Source: Octopus sinensis (taxonomy: Eukaryota). Taken from it: a DNA stretch of 64,000 nt. This document shows positions 11,741 through 24,847 of this stretch, piece after piece. The position numbers and the translations under genes were made by a program. Location: contig NC_042998.1 of the NCBI RefSeq assembly GCF_006345805.1, positions 52,948,001 through 53,012,000 of the forward strand. Reading direction: 5' to 3'. Below the pieces are notes generated by a model. It searched no databases. It saw only the letters and a list, made by a program, of their open reading frames with translations, and was not told the origin of the DNA. Every line of letters begins with the position of its first letter. The stretch's first letter is position 1.

Positions 11741-12094
11741 AAGAGAGAGATAATGGTGTTGAAGTGTTCGAGTGTGCCCTCAAGGTACAATGTAGGGAAT
11801 GTAAGTGAGAATAGGGTCAGAGGATCAGAAATACTATATGGGGTAAGTTTGCAAGAATGTGGGTGGAGAGTGTCTGGTGGTTAGCGATGAGGATAGAGGT
11901 GAGTGCAGTGAGCGATGAACACAAATGGAGAGGCTGGTCAAACGTGAATTTTTCTTTGGTAAGAGGAGGAATGGGAGAAATAGGAGTGGGTAAAGGGGAA
12001 GGAAGTGATAGGTGGCAGTACGAAAATAGGTGGAGTGAGCAACAGTACAAGGGTTTCAAATTTGAGCACAGGGCCAGCGGTTTATTAGGAGTGG

Positions 12095-12265
12095 GGAAAA
12101 TCAATGATATCGATCCCAGAACTTGATTGGTACTTATTTTATTGATACTGAAAGGAGGAAAGACAAGGACAACCTCAGCAGCATTTGAGCTCAGAACATA
12201 AAGAGGGTCAAAATGTCACTAAGCATTTTGTTGGGCATAGTAACAGTTCTGCTAGTTCAACAGCA
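12095..12265 (-). mobile_element. SINE family 4 (MetaSINE-like central domain)
   Basis: Minus strand gttctgagctcaaatgctgctgaggttgtccttgtctttcctccttt...ataaaataagtacc, homologous to 45848-46060. Confidence 0.7.
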
Positions 12266-12511
12266 AATAGATGCAAAATAGTGAGATGATGTGAAGTGTC
12301 TGTGTGTACATAGGGTGCTGAGAGAGGGATGCACAGTGACAGAGGCAGAAATTGAAGGTAGTAAGTAGGGCTGGAAATAGTGATGAACAAAGGTGGGAGC
12401 TTGTTTAATGGCAGATATGAGCAAGTGTACAAAGGAAAGCTACGCAGTGAAGTGGTAAAGGATGCTTATGTATATATTTATGTATGTACATATCTTTTTT
12501 CCCCCATAATT

Positions 12512-12635
12512 TAATGTCTGCCTTCTATGCTGGCATGGGTTGGATGGTTTGACAGGAGCTGGCCAGGTAGAAGACTGCACCAGACTTCTGTGTCTGTTTT
12601 GGCATGGTTTTTATAGCTGGATGCCCTTCCTAACA
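12512..12635 (-). mobile_element. RTE LINE 3' end fragment
   Basis: atgctggcatgggttggatgg...ggatgcccttcctaacacc. Confidence 0.75.
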
Positions 12636-14544
12636 CCTTTGTATGTATATTAGCTACAAGCCAGTTTTTCAATGCATTTTCCAGAATGGCAAAGTGCACC
12701 ATCCATTTTGAATATAGTGAAACTTCAGATGGTTGTCAGAGCAGGTGACTTCTTTTTCAGAATACCCATACAGATTTTGGACATTAAAGTTACAGTTCGC
12801 CATATTATAACAGAACTAGTATTGCTAGTATATTTGAATTTGATAAATAATGCAAGAAAGGAGCATTAGATGCAAATTACATTAACAAACATGATTTTAA
12901 ATCAGTCCTCTTTAGTATGGTTATTATGATTCTTGCAAAATTGTAGATGGTCCTTGGTGATTTTTCCCATTCTATCGTTGCTTATTCTTATTTTTGTCGG
13001 GATATTTTGAAACTACACTGAAGTATTTCTGCAATCAATATCTAATCTTATTAAAGTTACATTTTATTATTGCTGCATTATCCAAGCATGAAACTTGAAG
13101 TGGTTCACATATAACTCCTATATTCATTGAAGGATATTTATTAAATGCTTTTTTTTTCCTTACTGGTCCTGCAACAAACAAGTTGAATTTTACTATAGCT
13201 GATATTAGCAATTGTGAGGCACTGGTGTAGATGTTAATGGAAATGCAACACAGTAACAATGAATTATGTGACCATGTTTAAGAGTTGTGAATGATGTAGT
13301 CATGTTGAAGAGACGCTTGATCTGCCAAAGGATTTGTATCCATATCCACCTGTCTGACAAAACCGAAACAAAGCTTCCTGGGCAGCACCAAAAGATACAT
13401 TCAACTGACTTGATTATCTTCCCGAATGTAAGTAGACTGCCACTTAGAAAACCAATTTGATTTCCAACCTCCTGCAATGTTTTTTTTGGGGGTGGGTGGA
13501 GGAGTGACAATTCCTGTATAAAATATGGATGTAATTTGCAGTACCAGAAATGTCAAATAGAAGATGAAATTAGGCAACTATGTTTCATTAATCATATTTT
13601 TTTAAAATGTAATATAAATCTAGTTACTCACAAACATCCAGTAATTAATTCAGATTTTATCATTATATCAAAGTACATTTAGAAAAAGTTCATCTTTGTA
13701 TTTTGAGACTTTGTGTGTGTGTGTGTGTGTGTGCATGCTCGTGTGTGTGATTGTTTTACTTGTTTTTCTAAGCTAGCATGGATGAGGTAAATATATTACT
13801 GGGATATTGTTTTACAGCCAGATGCTAAACTTTATGTGTTTTTCAAGTAAAAGACTTCTTATTCCATGCATCTTTGAAGGCACAAAGTGAGCGGACCTTT
13901 TGTTGACAGAAGAACTAACAACAATACAATTCATAGTGCACAACTTTCATAGATTGCAAATATCAACAAACACACACATGCTTGTATGTGTATGCATGAG
14001 TGTATGTAAGTGTATCTGTGAGTGTGTGTGTTTGTATGTGTGTCTGTGTGTATATATATATATAGACATATATATACACATATACACACACATGTGCATG
14101 CATGTACACACATGCATGCACACACACACGCATGTACGCACATCCACATACACACACACACTACAAGGTGTGCTTTACTGCATCTTTTTTGTGAAAGAAA
14201 CATAATGTGCCTAATATGAAGTTAACCGGAATATGGAAAAATCTGATAAGTATATATATATATATATATATATTTAATAATTTTGGCATTAAACCCAAGC
14301 ATTAGTCTCATGCTAATAGCTAAGTAGTTGCTAATCTGAGTGGATACAACAATCTTTAGTGGATGCAAAGCAGAGAAAGCTTGGTTGTTGTCATGTGACA
14401 TTAGGCATGGTTCAACAGGTTTTTCAATAACCATAAGTGAATATGAAAGGAAGACACCTTGGCTTATTATTATGCAACGTAAGTAATGAGTTTAATTTAC
14501 TAGAGGGAATCTGTAGGTCTGTCTGCAGTTAGAGATTAGTAAGT

Positions 14545-15513
14545 AAAGAGGAAAAAACCTGCTTAGAGTGGTGAAATACATTTCTCTGTTATACTTAAGT
14601 TGTCTCTTTCGAGCCAGCTTTTGCAGACTGATCCTCAAAGATGTTCTGATCATGTTGTCTTAGAGTCTTTTTTTTTCTTTCTTTCATTTATCTATCCATT
14701 CTTTGTTGCCTACTGTGCCGGGAAATCACAGTTCTATTTTCTTAGACTGGTGTTTGAAAGAACAAATATATCAGCACAACCTGCTCTTGAAGACATTTTC
14801 ATTTGAAGCTATATAAAAAGATGCAGTCTGAACTACAATAAACTACTGCACTTCAGCTGCAATAAATTCCGGTATCTAGCTCCAAATAGATACAAGAATA
14901 GATCAATTCATGGCACTATATAGTAGTTTCCAGCTCAAAATTTGCACACCAATATACACAGAAATAAAGAAAAAATTGCTTTGAGTGGTGAAATACATTT
15001 CTCTCTTATACATAAGTTGTCTCCTAGCTTTTGCAGGCTGATCCTCAAACAAGGTCTGGTCATGTTGTCTTAAAGTTTTATCTTTTTCTTTCTTTATCTA
15101 TTTATTCTTTGTTGCCTAATGTGTCTGGAAATCACAGTTTGACTGGCGCTTGAAAGAACTGGCATATTAGTGCAGCCTACTCTTGAAGACATTTTCATTT
15201 AGGGCTACATAAGAGGATGTTGCCTGAATTACAATATATTGCAGTATCTAGTGTCATTCATGACACTATATAACAGTTTTCAGTTCAAAATTTCTATGCC
15301 AATATACACAGACATCTCAAAAGTAAAAAGACACCTCATATTATACTATTTCATCTGTGTGGACACTACCTGGTGTGTCAAACTTGTTAAAGTATTATGT
15401 AGAACACATGTCTACTAAAAACTAGATTAGATATTTAAATGCATTGAATGACATTTTTTTGTTTCTAGAAATAAATTACTCAAAAACAAATGTGTCGATT
15501 CATTTTTGAGATA
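14545..15513 (+). repeat. diverged ~420-bp tandem duplication (copies start ~14545 and ~14966)
   Basis: Shared gagtggtgaaatacatttctct...cttttgcag.ctgatcctcaaa...cttgaagacattttcattt. Confidence 0.85.
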
Positions 15514-17820
15514 GTAGTGTGTGTGTGTGTGTGCTCCAGCATGACCACATTCCAATGACTGTAACTGGTAAAAAGATATATTGTTTTTAAGCAAGTGACA
15601 ATGACTTTGAAGTTTTGGCCACTTAGACCAACGCTGGGCTGCAGTGCATTGAAGTTTATCTTTGGCCTTATATAATCTCTGTTGGATTAAAATCTTCCTT
15701 GGGTATGTGGGTTTGAATGGAGTGGTAATTAGGTTTTAGAGTGGGTTGTGATGGAGAGGTGTTTTGGAGAAACTTCTATTGATTGTATGTATGTATGTAT
15801 GTATGTATGTATGTATGTATGTATGCATGTATGTATGTATGTGTGTGTGTCTGACTGTCTATCTATCTATCTATCTATCTATCTATCCAATATAAATATT
15901 CAAAGCTGATGTACACGAACAATTGTTGCTAGAAATAGTAGCCAGTAAGCTATCGGTGCTATGTACATCAGCTCTGGATATCTATAATTCTACCTTTTAT
16001 GGTGCTTTATTCTTGCTGGATAATATTATTTTTAAATATGTTTATATTTTTTGTATATATATCCAATACACACACACATATTCAAACAGCACCTCTCCAA
16101 TCACAAATCTTCATTTAGGATCCCTGAAAGATATTATGCCGAGCTGTTGGCCATTCACAAGTTGTGCCTGATGACACCTATGTAAAGCTAGACACTCTAT
16201 AGATGCAAGACCCTGGGTAACCTGTGAACTGGCCATTACTATCTTTCTCTAAATATATATATATACATAAGCATGCAACTGTATTTACATTGCTACTTTC
16301 TTTTGTATAGAAATCTATAGTGTATCTGTTAGTGTATCTACAAAAGACAAAACAAAATAGTGAGATTGTTTGTATTAAAGAATGTGAAAGAAGACGAAGT
16401 GATTTAAAAGGAAACAGATGTAGCATAGTTTATGATAACCTGATTATTAAGAGGAACTAAACTAACACTTGAGTGTACATTTTCTGCATATGTATACCGA
16501 ATCTCCATTTGCTGTTAAAATCTTGCTTGGTACACCTGCCTTTTGCTAATTACTAAAAAGTGTCCATCTAGTATGAAATATAATTGAAATCAGTGATCTT
16601 AACCAAATGTTGGCAACAATCATAAGGCCTTTGAGGTGTTTCACAGGGCATTTATTACAGAATTAATATTAAAACAAAAAGTATGGAAAGGAAATGGAAA
16701 TAAGATGGATGACGTGATGGCTATATATGTTTATTATAATTTCTTTACTAAATCCAACTGATCTTGCCAAATGCTGGAAGCTGTGTCCTTTATGAATGAC
16801 TAACTCATCTTGTTGCTAATGAGAAATAAATAAGAATCACACCTCCCATTAAAGTATTGTTGCTTTAAGGCATATTGGTACCAACTAACGAAATCTTCAT
16901 TTCATAAATATTTAACTATCATTAGATACATTAGCTAAATAAGTGCTATAAATAAGTCATAAATAAGTCAATTTATTGGTTATTTAATTTTGAACTCTTT
17001 TACTTTGGTTATTAATACTTCAAGAGTTCTTCTAAAGAGTAACTTAAACTGCTAGATTTAGCAGTTTCACCCACTTCCGCCTAAATCAGATCCTACTTTC
17101 TGAAACAGAGAAATATATTTTGTAAAAAGGATTTTGAAATGTAGAAAGTTTGATTAACTATGATGATATTGTTTTTCAAGCCTATACATACAGACATTGC
17201 TACAAAACCACATGGTCTAGGTAACTCAAGCAAGTGTCCTTACTATAGCTTTGAGCTGACTAATACTTGTGAGTGAAGTTGGAAGACAGAAACTATGTGG
17301 AAGCCTGCAGTGTGTGTGTTGTATGCATGTGTGTCTGTAAGTGTATTTGTATATATCTTTCTGAAATCTGTTTCCCTATTCACAGCATTTGAAGGAACTG
17401 GTCTTCTGTGCTTATTTCTCATAACTTGCAGTGTGACAAAAAGAGATTGTTAACTTAAGTACGGGAGTTTATTTGATCAACTAAAACCCTTCAAAATATT
17501 GCTCCAGTATGACCACATTTATCTTTCTTTGAGCAGTGTTTGCTCATGCTTTTTTTTTATGCACCTGGGCTATTGCTCCATTCTATCCAACATCAGAGGT
17601 GTATCACTCTTAGCCAAGTCCCTAAAGATTGAAGGTCAGCAACTGGAGGTAAAATTTGCACTCAGAATACAAAGTGCTAGAACAATAACACAATGCACCT
17701 CAGCCAATGCTGTAAACATTTCTACCAATATCCACTGATCTGACCTGTGGTAGCTGAGCCTTCTGTTCTACACTACTGATTTCATTACTCATGTTTCTGC
17801 GGAGTTATAAATCCATCTTT

Positions 17821-18208
17821 AGAATGGTACTTGAAAGAACTAACATAACAGTGCAACCTGCTGTTGAAGACATTTTCATTTAAGGCTACATAAGAGGATT
17901 CTGTCTGAACTGCAATATATTGCAGCATATAGCACCAACAAGATTTGGAAATGGTGCCATGCACTATATAACAGTTCCCAGTTCAAAATTTGTATACCAA
18001 TATGCACCACATCTCAAAAGTAAATAGACACCTTTCATCATACTGTTTTATGTGTGTGGACACTATCTGATGCTTTGAACTTGTTAATATACTATACACA
18101 ACATACGTCTACTAAAACCTTTAGATATTTAAATGCATTGAATGACATTATTTTGTTTCTAGAAATAAATCTTTCAAAAATGAATATGTTTATTCATTTT
18201 TGAGATAG
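17821..18208 (+). repeat. third, dispersed copy of the 14545-15513 unit
   Basis: Collinear with 15140-15513 through to catttttgagatag. Confidence 0.85.
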
Positions 18209-19063
18209 AAATGAGTCTGCTCCAGCACAAACACGGTCCAATGACTGAAACTAGTAAAAGGAAATGATGGGGCACAACTAGAAATTCGTGTTGACCCACT
18301 CTTTCTTTATATGTTCTTCCGTTTCACTTCTGAACTTACAACTCACCCACATAATTTCTAACAGGGCCTGTAATACTTGGGAAGGGGGTTAGTTAACTGA
18401 ATTGACCCCTGTATTTGACAGGTACTTTACTTTATAGACCCCAGAAGAATGACAAGCAAAGTTGACTTTCGCGGAATTTGAACACAGAATGTAGAGAGCC
18501 ACTACAAATACTGTAGTTTTCTTGTTAAATCTAATGATTCTACTCCTCCACCCAGGCATTCTATGTAATCCTTGATTACATTAATTGTGTTGCACTGACA
18601 CAAATACTCTAGAAGAAAATTATGAGTAGGAGTATATCTCACTATTTCTGATCATTGTTTTACGTGGATACACACACATACAAATGTTTACAGATAATAC
18701 CAGGTTATATAATAAATGTATTTTCTAATGTCTGTCTCTTTTCTGATGAAAGCACCACATTGATGTGTTTTCTATTTTTATGAGTGGTGCCAGCCAGAAA
18801 CTTACAATCATTTTTAGGAAAGAATATAAAAAGGAAATATTCATGCAATTATTTTATTATATATGCTTTGGTTTATTTTTCATGCGCCATATAATTAGCA
18901 TTATTTTCCAAATATATTATAGCTTGAATCTGTGTCTGTTACATAAAAATTAATCAAGTATTTTAAATGAACCTTGCATGAAAATATTCTCACAGGATTT
19001 AAGGAATACTTTTTCTAGCAATATATCTATCTATTTATCTGTCTATCTATCTGTCTAACTAAC

Positions 19064-19097
<34 letters not shown>

Positions 19098-19385
19098 GAA
19101 AGAGAGGAGGGAGAGGGAGAGAGAGAAATGGTTAAATAAGTGTCATAAAAGAAAAGAAGAGGCATTCATACTTTTTTCAAAGTAGATTTAAATATACATA
19201 TTTGTACATAAATATGTGAGTCAACGACATGCAATTTTGTTCCTACCCTCTCCTATCTTTGTTTACTACTCTTCCTCTGTTCCTTGGACTCTTCTATTTG
19301 CATCTGATAACAGATTATACTCAAACTATTATACTTTCACTCAATAACTTTTTGCATATGACTTTCCCTCCCTATAGCATATATA

Positions 19386-19419
<34 letters not shown>

Positions 19420-19420
19420 C

Positions 19421-20215
19421 ATTTCAAAATGGATATCGTTACCCAGGCAGTATGCATGGTTCTAAAGAAGAACACATTTAACTTTGATGGTAAAACATAT
19501 CAGCAAATAAAGGGCACAGCTGTGGTGACGAAATTTACACCATCATATGCTAACCTAGTTATGAGTTTTTTAGTAGAAAAATAGTAGAAATAGAGAAAAC
19601 TTTTGACCAAAATTTCAAGAACACATGTCATGGAAAAGTGGAACACTTCCTCATTGACTGCTTTAACTTTTGGGAGAAATCAAATGATGATCTGCAAATA
19701 TTCAATAACATTCTAAATACCCTTCACCCATCTACCAAATTCCTGACAGAAATCAATCATAATGACTTACTATTCCTAGATATTTGCATAAAACTATGTG
19801 ACTCCACCGTAACAATGGATATGTTTTACAAAATAACAGACACACACCAGTATTTGAACTCCTACTCTTGCCATCCTTCACACATCAAAAGTAACATTAC
19901 ATATAGTATGGTAAGATGTATCCGTGCAATAGTAGTTGATCTGAAAATGTATCAAATTCAACTCTATGAACTCAGTCTTCCTAAGCAAAAAACAGAATGA
20001 CTCCTTAAAATTAATAAATGATGGAATTATAAAGGCAATGAAAACTAGACATCATACAACTGAGGACACTTTTGAAAAAATATTGAAGAAAATACTATTC
20101 TATTTATCAATAGACATAATTCAGGAGTGACCAACATTTTCCACACTATAGAAACAAACCTACCAATACTCTTACAAAGCTCCATAATAAAAAAAAAACA
20201 ATTCTAAAAATCCAG
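19421..20215 (+). pseudogene. Penelope-like element reverse transcriptase fragment, inactivated
   Basis: FNFDGKTYQQIKGTAVVTKFTPSYANL, then (frameshift) HFLIDCF...LNTLHPSTKF...LLFLDI...FYKITDTHQYL...SCHPSHIK; catalytic DD decayed to ID. Confidence 0.9.
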
Positions 20216-20759
20216 GGTCTTGGAAAGTAACCACTGCTTACTCTTAAACACACAAACAAAGAAACACCTATAAACACATATACAGTATGTTTATGTATGT
20301 GTGCTTTGTAAATCAATCACAAATATGATAATATCGAAATTCAGGTCTACATAATCTTGAAGCTTTTTCTTATAAATACATTTATACAAAGACATTGTGA
20401 TCAGCTTCCGACATGACATGTCTCCAGATAAAACTGAGGAAGTATGGTTACCACAAATATTTGGTCTGAGGCCAGCCTTAATCACCAGTAAATATTACTG
20501 CACTCATGTACGTCTTTTATCTATCAACTGACAAACAGTAAATTTCACTTAGGCAGGATGCCAGAGACAGATGTTGGAAATAAGAAATTCCTTTTCTAAT
20601 TTTCTACCTTATATAGTTCTGAAATGTTAGCTTTCTTCCTCATCAATATTATTTATTAGACATAGTAACCTAAAATGAAGCAAATTTTGTTAGCACTTTC
20701 AGACAGAGATGTTTGATCTGGAACAAATATTCCAGATATTTTCCTAGTTGATATTTGTT

Positions 20760-21300
20760 ATTATTTGTTTCAGTCATTGAACTGTGGCCAAGCTCCGACA
20801 CCACCTTGAAGGATTTAACCAGACAAATTGAGCCCAATACTTTTTAAAGTCTGGTATTTACTCTATTAATCTCATTTGCTAGACCACTAAGTTATGGAGA
20901 GGTAAACAAACCACACAAATATATACACAACTAGATCGGTAGCCACTATGCACATTTTTTTCTCTCCTTGTTTCTTTCTGTGTTGTTTTCTGTGGAAGAG
21001 CATAGGCTCAAAACGTAAAAGACTTTTTCAATTCTTGAGCATTATACTAATACATCTGTTTGTTTTGTGCACCACCTGTCTTCATCTTTTGTTATTTCAT
21101 TAACTCTCCCCTATATACATATATATATATATATAAATATATGACAGGTTTCCACACCGTTTCTGTCCAACAAATTCAATTATAAGGTTTTTGTAGGCCT
21201 GGAGCTATAGTAAAAACTTTTGCCCAAGGTGTTGTGCAGTAGGACTAAACCCCAAACCATGTGGTTGCAAAATGAGCTTCTAAACCACACAACCATGCCT
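20760..21300 (-). mobile_element. SINE family 1 interrupted by a PLE-like terminal fragment (20950-21115)
   Basis: 3' half 20760-20920 and 5' half 21140-21300; the insert is homologous to 32650-32815 (opposite strand). Confidence 0.65.
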
Positions 21301-22144
21301 GGGCAGAAAGCATTGTATTCTGTTTTTGCTTACACTCTTCACCAGTTTCTCTCTTTCCTGTAATTGTTTTGTTCACCAATTTTAAACTAATATTCAACTA
21401 CTTCCACCAATTGCAATCAGTGCAAATGAATCACAGAGTATTTATGCAATCATTCAAACTGGTACCACATGGGCACACTGGATAATCGCTTGAGAGCCTC
21501 AAGAGTCTAGGAGCCTAATTCTAATCTATGCCATGGTTTGCTGTTAATAAAAATTATAGGGCCCAGTGCCCTGACTTGCCTGGCAACTTCATGGTCTAGA
21601 GGGCCAATTCTGATCGAAGTTATAGCTTGCTGTCAATAGATAATATAGGGCCCAGTGCACTGATTGCCAAAATTGTTGAAACTGACATGTCAGTGTTAAG
21701 AATTCTTGATCAGCACTTTTCAGATGATTATGGTCCCTGTTAATTTTACATATACACATTATTGAATTGCTAAATCATCCAATTATTTGGATGATGAAAA
21801 CATAGATCCTAATGTTAAAGCAAGTCCAGAAAGAACCAAGTTGAGCTGTCTTAACTGATGAGGCAACAGAAATTATCAAAACTGACACGTTCGTATTAAG
21901 AATTCTCAATTGGCACTTTTTTGACAATTATGTTCCCTGTTAGTGTATATGCTTTCATTCATGTGCATTAACTACAGCCTTAGAACAGTTTAGCTCTTAT
22001 TTCTAGCAATGTAGGTGATTCCTAATGCACTGGTTGCATTTAGTGACATTTGTAATTCTTCTTTTTGGTGAAACATTAAAACTGTTTATATTAATTATAT
22101 ATATACATATGTATGTGTGTGTGTATACATATGAGAGAGAGATG

Positions 22145-22290
22145 TGGAGGCACGTGGCTTAGTGGTTAGGGTGTCAGCATCATGATCGTAAGATTGTGGT
22201 TTTGATTCCTGGACAGGGTGATGCGTTGTGTTCTTGAGCAAAGCACTTCATTTCACATTGCTCCAGTCCAGTCAGCTGGCAAAAATGAGA
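22145..22290 (+). mobile_element. CORE-like tRNA SINE (family 3), 5' part
   Basis: tggcttagtggttagg A box, ggttttgattcc B box, tgtgttcttgagcaaagcacttcatttcacattgctccagtcc. Confidence 0.75.
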
Positions 22291-22600
22291 AAAAATTGTG
22301 GAGACACAATGGCCCAATGGTTAGGGCAGTGGACTCGTGGTCAGGGGATCACGGTTTTGATTCTCAGACAAGGCTTTGTGTGTGTTTATTGAGCGAAAAC
22401 ACCTAAAAGCTCCAGAAGACTCTGGCAGGGGGTGCTGGCAATCCCTGTTATACTCTTTCACCCCAACTTTCTCTCACTCTCTCTTCCTGTTTCTTGAGTA
22501 ATGCTGCGATGGACTGGTGTCCCGTCCAGCTGGGGGAAACACATACACCACAGAAACTGGGAAACCAGGATCATGAGCCTGAAATGGGTGCATAAAAAAA
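22285..22600 (+). mobile_element. tRNA-derived SINE (family 2)
   Basis: Collinear with 36645-36955 from head to tail. Confidence 0.85.
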
Positions 22601-23454
22601 TGAGAGAGAGATAGATAGATAGATATGTATATGTTTGTACATGCATACATGTGTGTGCATGTGTGTGTGTGTGTGTGTGTACATGTGTGTGTATGCATGC
22701 ATGTGTGTTATTATTATTTCTTTGTATTGACATTGCTTTACTTGGAAATGGTGACAAAACGGGTATCTGGCTGTAGAAAATCTGCCTTAATAAATTCTAT
22801 CTAACTCATGGAAGCATGGAAAATTGAACAGTAAAATAATGACGATGATGATGGTAATGATGGAAGTTATTTTCCTTCATTCTTTCTCAGTTTCTTCTCT
22901 TTATCATGCATATTTTTCCACTCTGGGGCAACCCATACAAATAATCCCTCTGTATCTTTTGTGATTATTTTCTAATATTAAAACTAGTCATTCAACCATG
23001 TTAATTTTTATGCATATGATTTTCAAAACTGAAGCCATGATTCTTTGGTTTATTTTCATCCTTGGTGACTGTCATAGTTCAAGGAAATTCAGATCACAAC
23101 AGAATTTCTTCAGCTAGTCCTAACATTAACAGCCTATTAATCTGACAATCAATACTTTACTTTGTAATTTCCAGTAAGTATTCAACATCTAAATGACTTA
23201 TCATGTGTATCTTGGATTGAAAATAATTGTCATTGAAAATGAATAAAAAGTTTGGGGACAGAAAGAGCATCCAGCCATAAAACATAGTTTGAGAAAAAAA
23301 AAACTGTCCAACCCTTGTTAGCATGAAAAAGTGGATACAAAAGTTGATAGTGATTGTACAACAAAATAATTTTTTCTTTGTTTTAACTGGAAAACCTGCA
23401 TATCTCAGTTATAACATACTGCTATCTCCCCCTCTCTCTCTCTCACCCTCTCCC

Positions 23455-23504
<50 letters not shown>

Positions 23505-23525
23505 CATCTGTCTGTCTGTCTGTCC

Positions 23526-23565
<40 letters not shown>

Positions 23566-24010
23566 CTCTATTCCTTTTATGTATGCTCATATAGGTACCA
23601 TTTATACTTCAATGGACATTTCAGTTTAGCTATCCATCACACTTTTTTTTTATATCTAAACCATAAGACCCATTCCTTTGTTAAATATAGTTATACTGAT
23701 TAAACTTTAGTTAATCCAAGCTCTTCTACAATTTCCATTTCAGAGTCCACCAAATGTCCTTCCATATTCCATTCAATTACACACCTGCCAGTATGATTTA
23801 TTTATTACCAAACTTTATCTCCTCTCCAATGTTAAGTACAACCTATTCTGCTTCACTTTTAATGAAACAGTATTTTTGTTCTTACTTATCTCACTTTCCC
23901 ATGTAGTTCTTCCTCATATAAATACTTATATGCTTGTGTGTGTGAGTGTGTGTGTCTGTGTGTATGGATATGTGTATGTGTATACATGCGTATGTGTGCA
24001 ATTGTATATG

Positions 24011-24042
<32 letters not shown>

Positions 24043-24165
24043 TATGTGTATGTGTATGTATGTATATGTATGTGTGTATATATAGGTGTGTATGTGTATA
24101 TATGTATATGTGTGTGTGCATGTGTGCGTGTATATATATATATATATACACACACACACATGCAT
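23455..24165. repeat. (TATC)n and compound (TA/TG)n microsatellite blocks
   Basis: Direct inspection: 23455-23570 and 23930-24165. Confidence 0.9.
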
Positions 24166-24735
24166 ATATATTGCCTTCCTACCATTTTCTCGTGTCTTGT
24201 ATAACTTCTCTTCACACTTCCTGATCTGCTAAGCAGGCGATTGTCTCAAGTGGGTCTTTAAATTATTCTCTCCAATAATTCCAGTCCTATTTTACTGACC
24301 TGAACCAAATCTATCACAAGATGAGACTGGCTAGTGGAACTATAATGGATGTTTCTAAATTTCTGTCAAATAGGTCCAGTGTCCAGTTAACCATAATTTT
24401 CATTGTAACTTAATTTCAACCATGATCAGACAGGTCTATGATCAAAAGCAAGCCAGTCTAGATAATTATGATTTTTCTTTTATATTTCGTCATACAAAAT
24501 ATAACAAATACTATATGACACAATATGTCAGTTTCTTTTTTCTTTTCAGATAGTGGAATGTAATTTGAGGGTGAATTGGCTGCTATTTCTAAAAACTGAC
24601 ACACATTTTTATCATCCTCATCATAATTTGTTAAGGTTATCTTTACAGATTTTCTCTAGAAATTATAGATAGTGATTTTGTTATGACATTTCATATCTGG
24701 GATGTCAGATGTAAACAATGAGATCAAAGATAAAA

Positions 24736-24796
24736 GATGTGTAACAAGCATATATGCCATATTTCAAGAGTTTTTTCTCCTTCATCAGACACCATC
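24736..24796 (-). ncRNA. hammerhead-like motif with intact core
   Basis: CTGATGA, 5-bp stem II (aggag/ctctt), GAAA, stem III tatg-g-cata, then T-A; stem I only forms after an 8-nt insertion. Confidence 0.35.
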
Positions 24797-24847
24797 TAAT
24801 CCAATAAACATCCACGAACACCTTGCTTAAACAGCCACTAAATATAG

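Noticed and set aside
21855-21885. CTGATGA-ggcaaca-GAAA
   Set aside because: No stem II, stem III or stem I pairing
23876-24224. Stacked HTHT/YIYI/CVCV ORFs (also 10219, 13900, 40104, 55844, 62334)
   Set aside because: Dinucleotide and tetranucleotide microsatellites lack stops in some frames
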